Shown here in pieces: positions 48,096 through 62,314 of a DNA stretch of 64,000 nt (position 1 is the stretch's first letter; every line of letters starts with the position of its first letter). The stretch spans positions 195,362,001 to 195,426,000 of the forward strand of contig OZ038378.1 of NCBI GenBank assembly GCA_964036045.1, in the 5' to 3' direction. A program made the position numbers and the translations under genes. The DNA is from Eutreptiella sp. 'Long Island Sound 2002' (Eukaryota; Protista; Euglenida). The notes beneath the pieces are model-generated. The model was given only the letters and a program-made list of their open reading frames with translations, was not told where the DNA came from and did not search any database.

Positions 48096-50419
48096 TAAAG
48101 CCTGGTCCTTTTTTTTGGAGGTTCTGAAACCTGGTAAAAAATTTTTACTAGGTTCTGAAACTTAGTAAAAAAAATTTTTACCAGGATCTGAAACCTAGTA
48201 AAAACAAAAACCTTTTTTTACTAGGTTATGAAACCTAGTAAAACAAAAAAAAATTTACTACGCTCCCGTTACCTAGTAAACACTAGTGAACCTAGTAAAT
48301 TGTTACCTTGTAAAAAAAATTTTGTTTAGAAAAAAAATTTACTAGGTTTTCCTACAGAGCCCCTTGGCCACCGGGACAACAGCCCACTGCACTGTGGGGG
48401 GTGGCACTCCTGTGTCCAATAGCTGCCTGAAGAGCAGCAAAAATCTGTTGCTCTTCCGTCCACTATCCCCCACTGCCCCACCCCGAAACCCATCTAGACA
48501 ACACCTCCACCCAAACCGACGAGCGAAACAGTCGCCCCTTCCTTCACCACCCAATGAAATCTCCAGAAAGCCTCCCTAGCCAACCATATCATTAGCCCCA
48601 CCTTCGACATCAGGGACAACTCGGTATGGGGCGTCTGAAACAGATCCGCCACTGACACACCTTTCTCTCCCGCCAGCCAGTAAACACCCAACAGGTGCCT
48701 GACTACATTATGAAAGCGCATGCTGATGACTCTGGCAACATGATGGATCTCATTTCCATGTCAAGAGTGATTTATCGTAGGCTAACAGGGGCTGGGGGGG
48801 GGGGGGGGGGCAGGGGCTGATAGAGAGGAGGCATTGGGCGAAATGCGTGAAGCAGAAACGGCACAAAAGTGGCCGTGTATTTTGGCATATGTCTGGAGCA
48901 GTCGGGAGGGTGTCATCATTGCTCATTCTTACCGAAAAAACAATGCCAACGTGCATTCCCTGCATGACAGAGGAAGCACGCCCTTTGTGGAGTGTGCTGT
49001 ATCAGCGGGCATGTGTGGCGGACCAGTGACAGTCCAATGGCACACATTTAACTCACCGGAAGGTGTCACTGACAAAATGATGTTGCGGTTCTTTGGAACA
49101 GCAGATCAAAGGAATCGGTAGCACTGGGCAGGGGCCCTGTCAGTTTGGGAATGACCCCTGTCTGTGGACTGCAGTTGGTGCTTTGGAGGGAGAGTTTGTA
49201 CACGTAGTTGGTGAGGCACCTCACCTGGCATGTTGGTGTGGACGTGTGATCGTCATCTTAGCAACTACACCCCTCAGCTTTACCCTGTTCCATAGCAATG
49301 ATCCAGATGAACATAGACCGGGACGGGATGCGTATCTGTCTGACAGTACTGTAGCTGCACTTGTACCGACCTCCAGTTTCAGAGCAAGAATCTGGTGCTT
49401 CCTCGCACTCCTGATCTTTAGGGCTGCAGGTCAACGGCCAATGCAATCCAAAAGTACTGCCTTTAACAGCCACTGATTTGACGCCTCCCTTACAAGCACT
49501 GAAAACAACAGAAGCAAACACCCCGCAACCGAACAAATGCACACTCACGGACGCGAACGCGCGCTCGCCAGCAGACTTTCTCCATGTGCCTGCTAAGACC
49601 CAAACAGATGTCTCAAACATTTTCCCCAAGTCCCAGCAAGAACCTCCCAGCAAAAGCCCATCCAAGTGGTCAAAGTTTGGACCTCCCGGCTGCTGCAGCA
49701 CAAGACTGGGAAGAGCGAGGCTTGACAGCGCGCCTCCATAAATGCCGCACGTCTCAGGCGCAGAAGGTTCGATGCAATGGACACACACACCCTAGAACAC
49801 ACGAGTAGGCAAGCTGTTGTGATGACGCTGCAGCCTCCCCTTGACCACATTTGCCAAGCAGGTGCGATGGCACCTAAAACTTTCTGATTCATAACGTTGC
49901 TTTTATGGCCGAACCTCAGGAGTATGGGCTGGTAGGAGTCCAGTACACAGAGGGAAATAAAACAGCAACCCACTTCCATCAGCAGGGTCAGATAACTAGG
50001 TGGCACCCGATGGACATGGGCAAGAAGATAGCGCAACAGGAAGCAGCATGTCAGTGGCCGTGATACTCTTACTTGCACTTGCACTTTACAGCGTTAGATT
50101 GTCGAGTTGTCCCCGAGCCGCTGCTCGCCCAAAAAATCACGTTTTAAAGAATTGGACCTATTGTCGTGGCTCTTTGGACAATAGAACACAACACTAACCC
50201 CCGTGCACTGGGCCAGCAATATGGCTAGCAAACAATAAGTTACCAATTCCCTGGCTGCACATGCCTGCAGAAAAGATTCCCGCATGAATCCCCTCATATT
50301 ACATGTTGGCACGTACCTCTTGAACCCGTGCACCATGGTTCACAGAGCCTGCCCTGATCCTCAGACCATCAAAATTGTGGCTCTTTGATCTCCTGAGGAA
50401 TGTTTGCCCGGCACACGCC

Positions 50420-50830
50420 CGGCGCGCTACCTTTGTATTAAGTATCCTGGCTCTAGCCCCGAGTTTATCTTCACCCAGGGGAGTCCCGGAAGTAGACCGC
50501 ACTGGACCACGAACCCCTCCTGCAAAGCAAGTTGCATCAGCCAAAATATGAGAATTCAACAACACAAAATGTCACTCAGAATGTGCTTCACAAATAATAC
50601 CACTCCCACAAATGTGGGTGTCAAGACATTCAGAACGTTAGAGCTCCTGACACTCACCACAAACTGTGACGTTGGAGCGGAAGTAACAACACAACGCACA
50701 CACTTCTACCTCATCCTCTCCCTCATCATGCCTGGTGGCCGAGTTGCTCTTGTCCGTCCAAACATTCCCCAAAGGTACTTCCTGAACACTTGTCCCAGAA
50801 GTGCACAGCATACGTACTTCGGCTTCCTTT
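50420..50830 (-). mobile_element. Second copy (3' end) of the ISL2EU-like element
   Basis: VWTDKSNSATRHDEGEDEVEVCALCC..VCGEC is near-identical to 28727-28900. Both share the end sequence gctacy(t)ttgtattaagtatcc (about 28578 and 50426). Confidence 0.6.
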
Positions 50831-51116
50831 GTCACTGAAGAGTGGCTGCTTAACCCCTGCCGTCTCGGGGGCCCACATGTGGGCGGAATGGCTACATCAC
50901 CCCTGCCTTCTCGGGGGCCCATCGGTGGGCGCATTGGCTACATCACCCCTGCCTTCTCAGGGGTCCCCAATAGAAGGCGACCAAATCAGAAGTGGCCACA
51001 TCACCCCTGCCTTCTTGGGGGCAGATTGTTTGGTGAGGGGGGGCAAAAACAAGCACAGGTGGGGAGTGATAAAAAAAAAATGCCCGGCGCATGCCCGGCG
51101 CACTAACACTCCCCCC

Positions 51117-52320
51117 CCCGGGGGGGGCGACCCCTCGGTTCTGGACGCCAACTACCCCCCCAACTAACTGTCGGCCGGAGGCCCCTTGGGGGGGGGGGGA
51201 GGGGGGGCCTAGGAGGGGGGGGGTTTGGGAGGGGGTGGGGTTCTGGGAGGGGGTGGTTCTAGTAGGGGCGCCGGGGAGGGCGGTTCCCGGGGGGGGGGGG
51301 GTGTCGGGCACCTCCGAACAGTTGGGTATGCGGCCCAGGTGTGATCCGACAGTTCGCACCGCCCCTTCCCACAATAGAGGGTAGGGTATCATCGGCTTGG
51401 GTATTCCCAGCCACACTGGGAACCTCAGGGGGGTGGGCTCCTGAGGCGGCCATGGGATTAGAGTTACACCATGCCACAAGACATACATACATGATGAGAC
51501 CGGGCGGTTGGGGGCCAAAAGAGGGCGGAAATGCTACATCACCCCTGCATTCTCGGGGTTCCCCAACAAAAGGAACAAAATCAGAAGTCAAAACCTACGT
51601 CGGGGGTCACCCTGATGCACCACGCAACAAAGCGTGGATTCAAAGATTGTCCCGGTTTCCTCAATAGCACCGGACGGTTGGGGCCCAAAAGAGGGCGGAA
51701 ATGCTACATCACCCCTGCATTCTCGGGGTTCCCCAACAAAGGGAACAAAATCAGAAGTCAAAACCTACGCCGGGGGTCACCCTGATGCACCACGCAACAA
51801 AGCGTGGATTCAAAGATTGTCCCGGTTTCCTCAATAGCACCGGACGGTTGGGGCCCAAAAGAGGGCGGAAATGCTACATCACCCCTGCATTCTCGGGGGT
51901 CCCCAACAAAGGGAACAAAATCAGAAGTCAAAACCTACGCCGGGGGTCACCCTGATGCCCCTAGGGGCCCCTAGTATCTCAAAGTATGGGTCTCTAGTAC
52001 GGCCAGACGCCCAAATAGCCACCGCTATAGAGCGGGGGGGCAGAATCAGAATTGGCCCACTTGTGGGCAAGGTGGCTACATAACCCCTGCCGCCTAGGGG
52101 ATCCCCACCGCCTCAGAGCGGGGGGCAGAATCAGAAAAGGGCCCACAAGTGGGCAAGGTGGCTACATAACCCCATTGGGCGCCTTCGGCGCCGGGGCGCC
52201 TTCGGCGCCCGTTGGCTCCTTGGGCTCATACCTTTGACAACTAACTGTCGGCCGGAGGCCCCTTGGGGGGGGGGGGGGGGTAGTTGGCGTCCTAGGACCC
52301 GCGGAGTCGCCCCCCCCGGG
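51117..52320. mobile_element. 1.2-kb non-autonomous TIR element with 8-bp TSD carrying a 170-bp tandem repeat
   Basis: About 45-bp imperfect TIRs cccggggggggcgac..ggacgccaactacccc / ggggtagttggcgtcc..gtcgccccccccggg. TSD ctcccccc at 51109-51116 and 52321-52328 (low complexity). Internal 170-bp period (cggacggttg at 51671 and 51841). Confidence 0.72.
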
Positions 52321-55300
52321 CTCCCCCCTGAATCATTTCACACCTGAAAAACTGTTTGATCATGTAAATGTGACAGTTGCATGCACAGCCAAAATGCACA
52401 CACGCGTGCACCACGGTGACTGCAACCGGTCCTGATGCGACCAATCCCCCCGCTATCTGTTAAAACTTGGGGGGGTGAGGGGCAGTTGGGTAGGAGGGGG
52501 GAGTTGGCATGTCGCCTGGGGGGAAGGGGGGATTGGTGGTACGGCGGCGGGGGGGGGGGGGCTTCTTGAACACCATGCAATTCCCTCGCTCAGCAACTTC
52601 TCAAGGTCAAGTGTTGCCATGGTGTGTCACTGGGCTGTACAAAGGGAGCAGAACAAGGACCAAAGGCATAGTACCCCATTCAAAGAGAGCAGAACAAGGA
52701 CCAAACACATGTACTCCCTCCAACTAAGCATGGACAAAAAAAATTCGGCACTGTGGGCACCATGGCCCCCGCACCAATATCTCTCAAACTCGAGAGGGGG
52801 GGGGGGGGGGGGGGCTGGGGGAGGTCGCATACAAGGACCAGCCCGGCCGCCCCCCGAGGTGTGCACGCGCACACACATAAACACAATGCGGTGCCCACAA
52901 ACACAGACAGCAAGACCAGCTCCAAACACACACACAAACACACAGATTATGGACGGACAGCCAGACACATTGACATGCATACAGACTCACAGATAGACTC
53001 CCAGTTACACAAGCATAACCCAGCCGCACCCTACGACAAAGGATGGGATCAGAACCAGAGTCTTGTGAATGCCATGACAACAACAAGGGGCAGCTTTTTC
53101 CATCGCCTGAAAGGCATCAAACTGGACCCCAAGGGGCACCTTCCAAGTGCCCGCTGGTGGTCAGTTGCCCATTGCCGCGCTCGCTTGGATATGCAGGCAT
53201 ATCGAACAAGACCCAGAAGATGTATCCGACCATTGATGTCCCCATTGGACCTGGTCAGTGCACTGAGAGCTGAAAAATACTGCACCCTTGATGACTGGAT
53301 TATGCACCCCGTAAGGACTGAATCAACTGCTCGTCGCCTGATTGGCACCGCTGCCACATGGCCGTCAACAGCCTTCTGAAGAATAACGCCACAGATGTCA
53401 CTCACAGACCGGCTTGCAATGTGTCAATGGCACGGGTGCCAACTGACAAGGCTAATGGTTGAGAGGGTGCAGACTACCGGGACTTGGTCATGGCTTCCAT
53501 TTGTTCTCGCAGCGATGGAACGAACTGCAATTTCATGTCCAAGTTTCATGTCGAGAAAAGCAACAATTCGACCCATTGCCTGTTTGTTGGCACGGCGGTG
53601 AGGCCAGGGGGGGCAGGACGACGACTTTGCCCATTTACAGCCGTTGGCTCATAAAGCACACGCCAAACTGAATGGGCTTTGCCAACTCCAAACCTGTCGC
53701 AGAAAAAAATTTTGTCAGATTGCAATGTGCCAAGGTCTTCCTTTTAATGACATGGAGGAGTGCAATACAACTGGCACAGTGCTAGACCCCCACCAGAAGA
53801 AAGGACTCAATTGACGCCCCCCCCAAAGTGCTACCGAGAATGACTCCCGTGCCCTGGAGGTGACCCGGACCCCAAATCCAGCAACAAAAATGAAAATGAG
53901 ATTTTGGAATCAGCGCGTCGAGGGGGTTCAGAAAAGTCATCATTTGCCATGTGTTTGGTGAAAAAAAATTGCCCATTTTCAATGCTAAATAAAATTTTCG
54001 GCGCCTTTGGCACCAGATTTCATTTTCTCTAACTAATGGATCTGTCGATTGACCCCTTTTCCTGAGCCATCCCCCCCCCCCCCAGTTTTGGGGGGCTCTA
54101 TCCCCACCCCCCGCCGGAGTTGAAAACCCGAACTTATACCGCACTTTGGCAACACAGAGTGCAGTCCCCCTTGTGCAGTTTACGGCCCCGTTTGGGCGGA
54201 GGTTCCATTCGGTGGGTACGAGACGGTGTCTCAGTCTTATTGCAAGCTGCACCAGGCACGAGTGGGTGGCAGAAATTGGGCCACGTGAATCGTCCGCTTT
54301 GTCACTGCTCCACTAGCAACTATGCGACAGGGGCTGTGGCACCTTTCGTGCAACAGTCATCACCACTGACCTCCAACAACCATTAAGAAGTAGGAGCAGC
54401 AGCAGCCATTACACGGCCCTAAAAGATGTCTTATCCGTTTGGATGGGGCCTCTGGGAGGCTAGGCCCTATTGAACACAGCCATCCACCAGAGATGTCTGG
54501 CACCGGTCCACTTGGGGGCACATCTGTTGCCTTTTTCTTTCTGTGGTGGACCTTCATTTGCCCGAGAAGGGATGAGTAGGAGGGCGGGTGGGTCGCGCCG
54601 ATGTTTGTTCGTGGAGGAGGTCCTATGTGTTGTTGCTCAGATAGCTCGATGCCATGGACAGACACACCCTCAAACACACTAGTACCCAAGCTCCTCTCTC
54701 CAAATCCACACAAACCGGACAAAACACCAAGAGGAATTGTGCCAATGTTAAGTAGGAGATACGCCCAGTAATCATAAAAGGGTTGGGATGCGCTGTTGTC
54801 TAATGAGGACCGACAATTGATTGTAGGTCCCCACCCCCCACCCCGCATGTTAGCGCCCCCGACCGCAGGTTGTAGGTAACAGATGGCAGACGAGAAACTG
54901 CAGACCACAGACCAATGACCAAAGAACCAGTTCACGGACAGCAAGTTGCCAACCCCCCCCCCCACCCCACCCCTGAAGGGTCAGCCCCCCCCCATCCCCA
55001 CCAGCCACCCTCCATGCGTTGTGCATCATTTGTGCATTGTGCCCCACCAGCTACCCTCCATGCGTTGTGCATCATTTGTGCATTGTGCGTGAAGTGATTT
55101 TGGAGGGTTTCCTTGTTCTGGCGACGTTCCGGTAAGTTGTTCCGGCGACTTCATGCATTTTTAGGTGTTTCAGATTGGAACACTGCGGGAACAACTTACG
55201 AGAACGTCGCCGGAATAACATTTCTTTAAATTTGGCAAGACAACTTTAGCCCCTCGGGCCGCATTTGGCAGTGTTTTGTGGTTCCTGGCGTGTGTGGCCT

Positions 55301-55478
55301 GTGGTTTGTGGTCTGTGGCTTATGGTCTGTGGTCATTTGTCTGTGGTCATTGGTCTGTGGTCATTAGTGTGTTGTGTGCAGTCTGTGGTCTATGGAAACT
55401 TATACGTGGTCTGGTGTCGTGTGCAGTGTGTGGTCCATGGAAAGTTGTCAGAGTGTTCTGGCCCCGAGCCGCTTATTC

Positions 55479-55642
55479 ACATTGCAGCCACGCATACTGA
55501 CCCTTTCCCGTTTGACAGGCCCACTTTCTTGGGTTGGCCCTTACGCCTATGAATGCTAGCACATTGCAGCCACGCATACTGACCCTTTCCCGTTTGACAG
55601 GCCCACTTTCTTGGGTTGGCCCTTACGCCTATGAATGCTAGC
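55479..55642 (+). repeat. ~82-bp tandem duplication
   Basis: cacattgcagccacgcatactgaccctttcc..cctatgaatgctagc occurs twice. Confidence 0.9.
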
Positions 55643-57499
55643 CTACTTATGCCTATCTATACCTGTTGAGTCCTGAACTACTATAAAAGGGGAGGCGGTG
55701 GCCTAAAGTGTGCTATGGGCCTGCAAAATGCTCGGTTTGCTATAGGCCAGAAAAACTATCCTACCCACGTCCCTTGCCCACACGGGAAAGCATGCGGGAC
55801 GAAAGACACACACACTAAAGCGTCCTACACTCACTATGAAGCACCCCATATGATGCAAGTGACATGGCGGTGACCTCCGGTGCCACACACCATGCCACCT
55901 TAGCAAAATATGCAGCAAATCCAAAGGGTTCGCATCTCTGGAGGAGTGAGACCCATGTTAGAGGAAGAGGGTGAGACCCTCAGGCATTTTTTACTATTCT
56001 GTTATCTCATATGTTAGCTATCTCTTCAAAACTGCATTTGTTTTCACTCTATCTTGTCACGGCCCTTCATGTTTGGAACCTATTTTGATTTTGAGTTCTT
56101 TGCCTACTAAGGAGGAGGTGTTCGGAAACAAGCAAGCTAGCGCAGTGGCAAGCAAAGGAAAGAATCAACGAAATAAAGTATTCTTTTCTGGGTAGGTGGA
56201 GGGACCTCTACGGAAATCAGGCTAAGCATCCGCAATGCACAGGCAATGGAAGGGTGCACCAGGCGGTTGTGTCCAGTGATTGGTGTATTGTGGCATGGGC
56301 CCTAGTCAGATTGGCAACACTAGCCACCAGCCGCACCACCACTTAAAACTATGGTGTTCCATAGTTTTCATTGTTGAAGGAGGAAGTATGCTAGGGGAAG
56401 CCTCAATACCCCATGGGCCTATCACCTAGGATCCGCAGAATTCATGCGTATTTTGTGCTAGGCTGCACAACTCCGAACAGTGGGGCCCACACAAACCAAG
56501 GCGTGCGGCAGCAAAGGATTGCCTACTTACACCGGGTCCCCATCGGGTGGCACTGCCGAAAATAAACTTTGTCCTACTCACACCGGCCACCGTATAGGTG
56601 AGCAAACACACACACGCATAAACAAATATCACACACCCGAAAACGCACGGGACACCAACCAACCCACTGACCCACCAACACACCCTCCACACTGACACGC
56701 AAAACGAGGGCAAAAGGCAACATGCCTATAGAAACATCCATGCAACCCTCATACTCATCCTTGTACCGGATGAGACATGTGCAAGAAGAGAGGCAAGGAT
56801 AGTTGGCAGGGAGAAGCAAGGAAGGGAGGTGGGGGGTAGGCAAGACAAAGAGGGGAGGGAACAAGCCAGGGGAGCTCACCAACCGAAAAACAAAACTCAA
56901 TATCGCACCCATCGACCAAACCTACCAACCAACCAACCAATTGACTATCCAGGCAAACCGCCAACCTACGTACAAACTAACAACACCAACATACATCAGG
57001 AGGAGGGGGGTGTGTGCCTACGGAAGAAACTAGTGTAACCGTGTTATATTAGGAGTGCAAGCGCCGGGTTGCAGTGGTAGTGGTAGGGGGTAAGGGGTGC
57101 CGTGGTGAAAGTTCCAGTGCGCTAGATGGGAGCCCCCGAACCTAAGGCTTTGACTTGACCCAGGCCCAAAGGGAGAACCAAATGACCCCTTGCCTACACC
57201 CTCACCTAAATGCTAGGTAGCATGGATTACCCACACATACTTCACTGAAATTATGTTGTGCTTGTTCCAATAGTGTTCCGGTAACTTGTTCCGGCGGTGT
57301 TCCGGTGGTGTTCCGGCAAAACGTGTTTTTGAAACCAACTTTTTAATGTCTAACAATGCGGAAAACGACAAATATGAAAGTACCAACGGGCTGCCCCTAG
57401 GCAAGCAAACAACATATTTTCCTATCATGTATGGGTGGGCTTGGTTGGGGGTCAAACAAACAGGGAACTTTTTTTGTTTCGATAATATTCATTTGAACA

Positions 57500-59000
57500 C
57501 CGGAAAAACTTGGCCGGAACAACCTTTAGGTGCGTGCCAAGGGACGAAACGATCGCCCACAGAGCCTTGACCTGTGAGTTGTACTTCACAGCGAACGGAT
57601 GAGGGACATCCGTCATAGGCCCCTCCCCTTCGTTTGATGCCGGTGCCGACGGTACCCAAGGCGTTGTACTTCCCGGAGCCCCATCCAGAATTGGGAAAGA
57701 TCCCTACTTGGTTGGAGTCCATTGCCTCATACATGTCACATCTGTTGGGGCAGGCGGCACTCCCATAAACGCACTGTGCAACACATCTAGAGCCCTCACG
57801 ACACACTACAGCTCGGATTGGAAAGCGGCCACTTTCTCAAACTCGGCCCATCAGAATTGTGGCACGGGGTTTTCCTTGGTGCTATCCTTCATACGTACGC
57901 CACCCAACTTCTTAGCAAGCAACGACTCTAGGTTCTAGTGCAGAACCGTGAGCCTTCACTGGCTCCAGCAGCTCCATCATCGTGTGATCTATGTGGGCAA
58001 GGGCACTAACCTTGGCTGGGCCCCAATGCACTGCTTTCCCGCAACATCCAGTCCAAGATTCTCTCGGGCGCAGCAGCACACCGTTGCCTCTAGCAAGTCC
58101 TCTGGTGCCCCCATGAAGTTGAACGACAAGGCAAATTCCACCAACCATGGTTGCTTGTTGTCGCCCAAGCTGTCCACATCCCTCCACATGGTCGCCTAAG
58201 GGAGATCACATCGCGTGCCGGGGCCGGAGCGGCCCATTTTGGCATGCGTGTCTCCTTGGTGACAGTCTAAAAAACTGAGTCAGGGGGCAGACATGAGACC
58301 TGTCGTTGTATGTTCAGAAAAACAATAGATTGGAAACACAAAGATGCAAACTGTGCAAAGCGAGAGCTTGAGTGTTTCAAACTTCACATTAGCTTCTCAA
58401 GGGGAGTGCGCCAATACTCATTTTCTCCCATAGCTCCCCCATTAGGTCGCTCGTAAGCCTCCTTGGTCAATGCTTTCCCCAATTTGCTGAACCGCACCCA
58501 TAGGTCCTACCCATGGAAGGCCTGTAAAATTTGCAAGCACTATATGCCCCTAGGCTGCATACACGTCCAGAGTATGCTGCTTGTAATTGGCGAAAAGCTC
58601 CACGGTTGGGTCTTCCAAGGTGTAGCCCGGTGTTTTCAAAGCGTCGACCAAGACCCCCTTCACAAGCTAGTAATCTTCAGTCTTCACTGCCTGCAATAGC
58701 CGGATTGAAATCGCCTCCAAAGTCCGCAAATGGCAGGAGTCCTGGTCGCTGTGCTCGAGCCGGTTGCATTGCGTTACACTCTTTGTTGAATGGAATTGTC
58801 CTCTGGCAACCTAGCCCAAAGTATTGACAACCTATGCTCTAGTGTCGCCAAGATCCACTTGGCACCTCGTTGGACGTTGTCCAACCGATGGCGCAATGAG
58901 CGCTTGCACATGCTAGAGAAAGCCGCTACGGCAATTCTACGGGAACCATCACCATGGTCGACATGTAGGATGTAGAGTGGTTGCACCATGAGGGTTTTCA
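57500..59000 (-). pseudogene. Highly decayed non-LTR (LINE) reverse-transcriptase remnant
   Basis: Broken frames such as ILMGRV*ESGRFPIRAVVCREGS resemble the LINE RT segment VxxNGxxSxxFxxxxGVRQG; many stops and frameshifts. Confidence 0.4.
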
Positions 59001-59839
59001 CCTCATACGACCCCTACCTGTTAGTGCAATTTTCCACCCGCCCATGTCTGTGTGGGTACACGAAACCAGTTGTGGGGATGTTTTGTCTTTGGGAGCGCTT
59101 ACTGCGCGCGGCAGGCGCGCCACGGGCGCCGCAGGGTAAGGGTAATTAGCTTTAGTGTACACTGTCTAGAAATATACACGAGAACAAAAATGTTTTGTGC
59201 ACGTTGATCTGTTGACACCATCACTCTCTACAAAGTGAGAGACTACGGCCCCGGCTCAACGTGCAAAGCGTGGTAGGGAATCCCACCCTTCTACTGTGGT
59301 TAAGGAGGAGGGACGTCAACCCCTCAGTCAAAAGTAGCACAGCCCCAATGCTACTCCTTCCCCCATACCCGATGAATCAGGCAACCGGTATGATTGTACA
59401 GGAGCCCTCTGCTGTGCTATGATTGTGTGTAAGTGTGTAAGTGTGTATGGGTGTGTCTCGCGGCATTACGTGGTTGTTTTGCGCGCACATCAACAACAAA
59501 CACTACTTATTTTTGCAATGTCATTTATTGAGAGGTTCACAAACTAGCACAACATGCTTTATCGCAAAATTTTTTCAAAAGAAGCATTGAGTGCACTCCG
59601 GGATGTGCAATGTGCCGCATAAACTTACGTCCAATGCCCCCACCATAGTACAACATTGGGCCCACCATCACACTTTGTTGCCTGACCTCTTACATCATAG
59701 GGTGCCCAATCCCATGATGCAGGCGTTTCGAGTTGTTTCGCGTTTCGAAGGTTGGTCACAAGGAGCCCATCCCCTATGACATTCGTTTCGGGTCGTTTCG
59801 CGTTTCGCTTATAACAAAGACTACTCTTCATCGGGTAAG

Positions 59840-60475
59840 TAGGCATTTCCGCCCTCTTTTGGGCCCCTTGAGTTGGGGTTAGGGACTCGCAATCCACGCT
59901 TTGTTGTGTGGCCCCTTGAGTTGGGGTTAGGGACTCTCAATCCACGCTTTGTTGTGTGGCCCCTTGAGTTGGGGTTAGGTACTCAAAGGGTCCGGAGAGC
60001 ATGAGGTCAAGCTCGACCCCGAGTCGGAATCGGTGTTGGGGTTAGAGTTGGAGCTGGAGCTAGAGTGAGAATCTGAGTTGGAGTTGGAGTTGGAGTCAGA
60101 TGTGGACGAGTCACTGTCAGCGGAACAAGGTTTTGTCCCGAACATCCGCTTGGGCAAAGCGTGGATTGCGAGTCCCTAACCCCAACTCAAGGGGCCACAC
60201 AACAAAGCGTGGATTGAGTCTACGTCACCCCTGCATTCTTGGGGATCCCCAACAAAGGGGAACAAAATCAGAAGTAGCTGCCTCACCCCTGCCTTCTCGG
60301 GGGCCCAAAAGAGGGCGGAAATGCTACGTCACCCTTGCATTCTCGGGGATCCCCAACAAAGGGGAACAAAATCTGAAGTGGCTACCTCACCCCTGCCTTC
60401 TCGGGGGCCCAAAAGAGGGCGGAAATGCTACGTCACCCTTGCATTCTCGGGAATCCCCAACGCCAAGCGCGGGGA
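59840..60475. repeat. Mixed array: inverted 48-bp units, GAGTTG microsatellite, forward 48-bp unit and 85-bp-family modules
   Basis: ccccttgagttggggttagg three times (reverse) at 59863-59985; forward unit at 60155-60215; 85-family modules to about 60475. Confidence 0.85.
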
Positions 60476-62314
60476 TTGAAATCCTCAAAGCTCATACACG
60501 GCCAATTCCATATTGGGGACGGTCCACAAAGGCACCATTTGTGGGGGGAAGAGGCCCACAAAGGCAAGAATAGTAACAAAAATAGGGGGGAAAGGGTGTG
60601 TAGAGGTATACGTTACATAATTACATAAAAATTGCATTTGTGTATGTACCACTATATTGCTTGTATTCCAGGATAATTACCCAAACTGTGCGCTGCAGGG
60701 CGCGCCGATGGATAAGCACTCCCCTTGGCTAACCGGTGCGTACTTGCAGGACCACTTAAAGCCGCCTATCCACTCCCCCGATGCCCCTCTCCCTCGCAAA
60801 CATCTTAGCTCATAGCATCCTTAGAATTGAAAGAAATGTTTGGTATCTTGACAGGGTGCACACTCGAAGGCGCAAGGCAAATTTCTGCATGTACAAGTAC
60901 GCACACACACCTCCTCAAGCTTGTTTGTCAACATCGTACTCAGGGAAGAAGGTTGCTTTGTCCAGAGTTGCTACCAACACTCCATTTGGCTCACCTGCAA
61001 AGACCACAGATGCCTGTGTGAAGCCTGGGGGGGGGGGGTTCCAGAGCGTTGCGCATCCAGCGAATTTGGCACGTTTGTGGGTACTGCAAACACGGTCGGA
61101 TGATTTGTACGGAGGGGAGGGGTGAAGACAGGGGAGGAAGGAGGGAGCTGGTAGGGATCAGCTCCATACCACCTGGGCTGCATAACTGTTCGGAGGCGCC
61201 TTACAGCCCCAGCCCTCCTACCCTTCATGCCCCCCTGGGAGCCCACCCCCTCTCGAGCCCACCCCCTCTCTGGACCCCCAAAGTTCTTCGACACGGTCGG
61301 GTGTCCATATTCTCCCTGAACCAGGTCCTGAAACTCTTGGTAGACCCCTTCATTGAGAGGTTGCCAATGGCACACATCTCACATGACTTGAGAATGGTGT
61401 GTATTGTTGTGCTCAGTGTAATCGACGGTTTCTTATGCACTTGCGGACCCCCCCCCCCCAATAGAAGCGTCCTATGTATGGCTGGTTCACTAGGTTTCCG
61501 CTACAGCATGATCAGCATCTCACCGTTTCTCTTTGTCATCTTTGACTTTGAGTCCATGGTTGTCAAGTAGAATTTTTGCCTGGATGGTGGCAGGTCTGGC
61601 ACCCTACACAGCCCTGGAGGGCTCATGGGGGCGGGCCTTTTTGCACGGGGGCGGGCAAAGCACAGGGATGCAGGTACCCCTCCCCTGGGCCTCCTTCGTC
61701 TCATTCGCCCCCCTACTAATGCGTTTTTCTGAGTGTGGGGTGTTTTTCTGAGTGTGGGGTGTTCACTCCCCCTCAGAGTGAGTGCACTCACTCAAGGGTG
61801 CCGGATGCACCCACACAGTTGTGTGCATTCCTATGGAAACAGTTCAAGGAGGGCAACCTGGTTCAGAATCAGCAGCCCCCATCCCCCCCCCCTCCCCCGC
61901 CCTCCAGACCCAAGGAAATTCTAAAACCTGCTTTCGACGAATTGAGACTTTCAGGGAAACTGGCGGTTCTCCAAGTGCCAGTATTTTTTCCCCACGCATA
62001 CTGCATGGGGAACAATTTTTTTTTCAAAATGCTCAGAATACATACGGGATTTCAGGAGTAATACAAAATTTGCGAAAATGCATATGCCTGCATAGCCCCT
62101 GCCTTCGTGAGGTCCCCATAAAAGGGAGGAACAAATATGGCTGCATAATGCCTGCCTTCGTGGGGTCCAACCGGGAGGAATGAATATGGCTGCATAACCC
62201 CAGCATTGGTGATGTCACCATAACAGGGAGTAATGAATATGGCTACATGACCCGTGCCCTCGTGGGGTCCCCATAACAGGGAGGAATATACATGGCTGCA
62301 TAACCCCTGCCTTC

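Larger units (their letters stand above)
41833..48362. mobile_element. 6.5-kb TIR element (element A) with 8-bp TSD; superfamily unassigned
   Basis: TSD cttggcca at 41825-41832 and 48363-48370. Imperfect TIRs gggc..aaaacctagta / tactaggtttt..gccc, with many subterminal aacctagtaaaa repeats at both ends. The flanks rejoin into one reading frame (..VVPVAK|GGGATCEQEEDEVLVLAKRRK..). Confidence 0.8.

Noticed and set aside
53040-53620. Possible retroelement RT remnant on the + strand
   Set aside because: Only faint motif resemblance with multiple stops; not supportable without an HMM search.
61270-61590. Coding-like minus-strand fragments (LNEGVYQEFQDLVQGEYG; AKILLDNHGLKVKDDKEKR*) as further FkbM exons
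   Set aside because: No phase-consistent splice path or recognisable motif could be established.
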